A stretch of DNA of 64,000 bases, from positions 248,001 through 312,000 of the forward strand of contig JAAOMT010000372.1 of assembly GCA_016748015.1 (NCBI GenBank). Direction: 5' to 3'. This document shows, piece after piece, positions 62,351 through 64,000 of the stretch. The position numbers were made by a program, and so were the translations under genes. The stretch's first letter is position 1. Each line of letters begins with the position of its first letter. The notes under the pieces were generated by a model. The model saw only the letters and a list, made by a program, of their open reading frames with translations, ran no database searches and had not been told where the DNA came from. Source of the DNA: Geosiphon pyriformis uo1 (lineage: Eukaryota; Fungi; Glomeromycota).

Positions 62351-63599
62351 TGTCTATTTTTTAAAAAGATCAGGAAGTACAATAAATGTTTCAGGATTTG
62401 AATTGGAGTTTGAATTGTCATAATTTTTGTTGCTATTTGGAGTGGAGCTGAAACCATTGTTTTTGTCATTGTTGTTGTCAGAGTTTGAATCAGGATTGAA
62501 AGTTGATTCCAATTCTGATGCACAGTTGTTGATTGGTTCTTCCTTTTCTGGGATCATGTAGATCATGCATGGTGGTAGATTGTGAATAAGGTCACACTCA
62601 TTACAATACTGGAAGTTACATGGAATCAAACAGTGGTCACATAGTTAAGTGTTGATTTTTTCCAAGCATTGTTTCTGCTCTTTTATTGTTAGTGCTAATT
62701 GCTGGTAATGTTCATGGAATTCTTCCAGGTCATCCTTGATGTTGCCAAAGACATTGAAAGTTTGGACGTATTTGGGTTCAGGAAGAGATAAAGGATTGTT
62801 TTTTATTTCCAGTAATTCACTGGTTGTCGTGCCTTCTGTTTTTACATATACTATTCTCCAAAGTTCATGTTTGTCATAGAGATATTCTTCCAATCATCAT
62901 AGTGCTCTTTTCCATGCATTGTCAATTGGTGTTTTCTTGCATACCCAGTCATTTATTAAGATGGTGTATTGGCATGTCTCATTGCACATTCCTCCTTGCC
63001 CAAGAATGTCATTCCACATTCCTTCGTCAGACAAGATAGTTTTACATGTGAGACATGATTGGTTGTCCCACTTTCCTTGTTATTTCAGTCATTCAAAGCA
63101 CTCTATGATGCATGAACAGCAGTAGAATCTGGTGGCAGTGAAGTATTCTTTGTTATCACTACAGCATGTGCTCATTGATGACAATTTCTTGTCACAATCA
63201 ACACATACCAGTTTTGGGTGGTGATAACCTAATGGTGGTGGTAAAGTGTAAGCATATAGACTATAAGTGCTGTTGGTGGGTGTTGTTTTCTTTTTTTTCT
63301 CTTTTTCTTTCCTCTTACTATTATCATCTGTCTACTCCCAAGTTAATTTATTCTGGTCATTGTCGATTTCCCAGGTTTGGTCAGTATTCTAGGTAAGTTT
63401 GGTCTCCTTCTGTTTTCCTTTGCCATTGTTGTCCCAGAAGAGTATAGGTAATAGTTTGTTGTGATCTTTGTTGGCCCAGAATACTTGATAAGCTTCTCAG
63501 GTAGGTTTCTTATTTTCTTCTTCTATTTTGATGAGTGGAGTTGTTGAGTTGGTGGTTTTGAAGTGGTCACACATGGCTGGTACACATGTGTGTTGACTG

Positions 63600-63979
63600 T
63601 TTTGACTGAGTTGTAATTCTTGAGTGGTCTAATCGAGTATGGCATTAGTTTTGGATAACCAATTATTGCCTACCAATGTTTGATATTGGGTTGCTTCTAT
63701 CACTAGGACTTTGATGAGAGTAATAATGCCATTGACTTTGAAAGGGAAGTTGTCGATTTCACCAATGAGAGTTTTGGTTGCTCTATTGGCAGTTATAATC
63801 CTGGTGCTGGCAGTGCAATCAACTTGGCAACCTAATTGGTCCATGAGTTGTTTTGTAATTATGCTGCCAGCTGATCCACTGTCTAAAATCAGTTTAATAG
63901 AGTGGCTATCAACTTTGGCATCAGTGTATATGGCAGTAATGGGTTTTTCTTCCAGAGCGGCTCCACTAAATAATGGCAT
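63600..63979 (-). pseudogene. E aspartyl protease
   Basis: KLILDSGSAGS and LVGNNWL. Confidence 0.88.
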
Positions 63980-64000
63980 GATTGATGGTTCTTTGAGTTT

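Larger units (their letters stand above)
57165..64000 (-). mobile_element. Gypsy family E (dUTPase-bearing), 3' portion, continues beyond the window
   Basis: LTR 57165-57998 (TG...CA), PPT, accessory ORF, IN, RH, RT (VYLDN), dUT, Cys-rich region, PR (ILDSGSAGS). Confidence 0.9.

Overview
This window has no host genes. It is an AT-rich eukaryotic stretch, probably fungal (it reminds me of Glomeromycotina/Mucoromycota repeat DNA, which I cannot verify). It consists almost entirely of nested, decayed retroelements, and most junctions can be placed exactly from target-site duplications (TSDs). Contents: (i) Three Ty3/Gypsy LTR families. Family A/B is element A (452-20116) with element B (987-10854) inserted in its LTR. 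Family C is C1, C2, C3 and a solo LTR. Family E starts at 57165 and runs off the window. A, B and E carry a Cys-rich domain plus a dUTPase between protease and RT. Family C lacks dUTPase and has a conserved UUUAAAC -1 frameshift site. All three families carry a homologous, non-Env accessory ORF between integrase and the 3' LTR, and share a nucleotide motif (TTYGNYRGAGCTCA) just before the PPT. (ii) An APE-RT-RNaseH LINE family (LINE-X) with two full-length copies and fragments. (iii) A 2.4-kb ORF1-only, poly(A)-tailed, TSD-flanked non-autonomous LINE ('half-LINE', HAL1-like) whose ORF1 is strongly diverged from LINE-X but which shares the LINE-X 3' stem-loop tail. (iv) A probable Tc1/mariner end at the left edge and a 481-N gap. 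The ORFs are broken mainly by C>T/G>A transitions.
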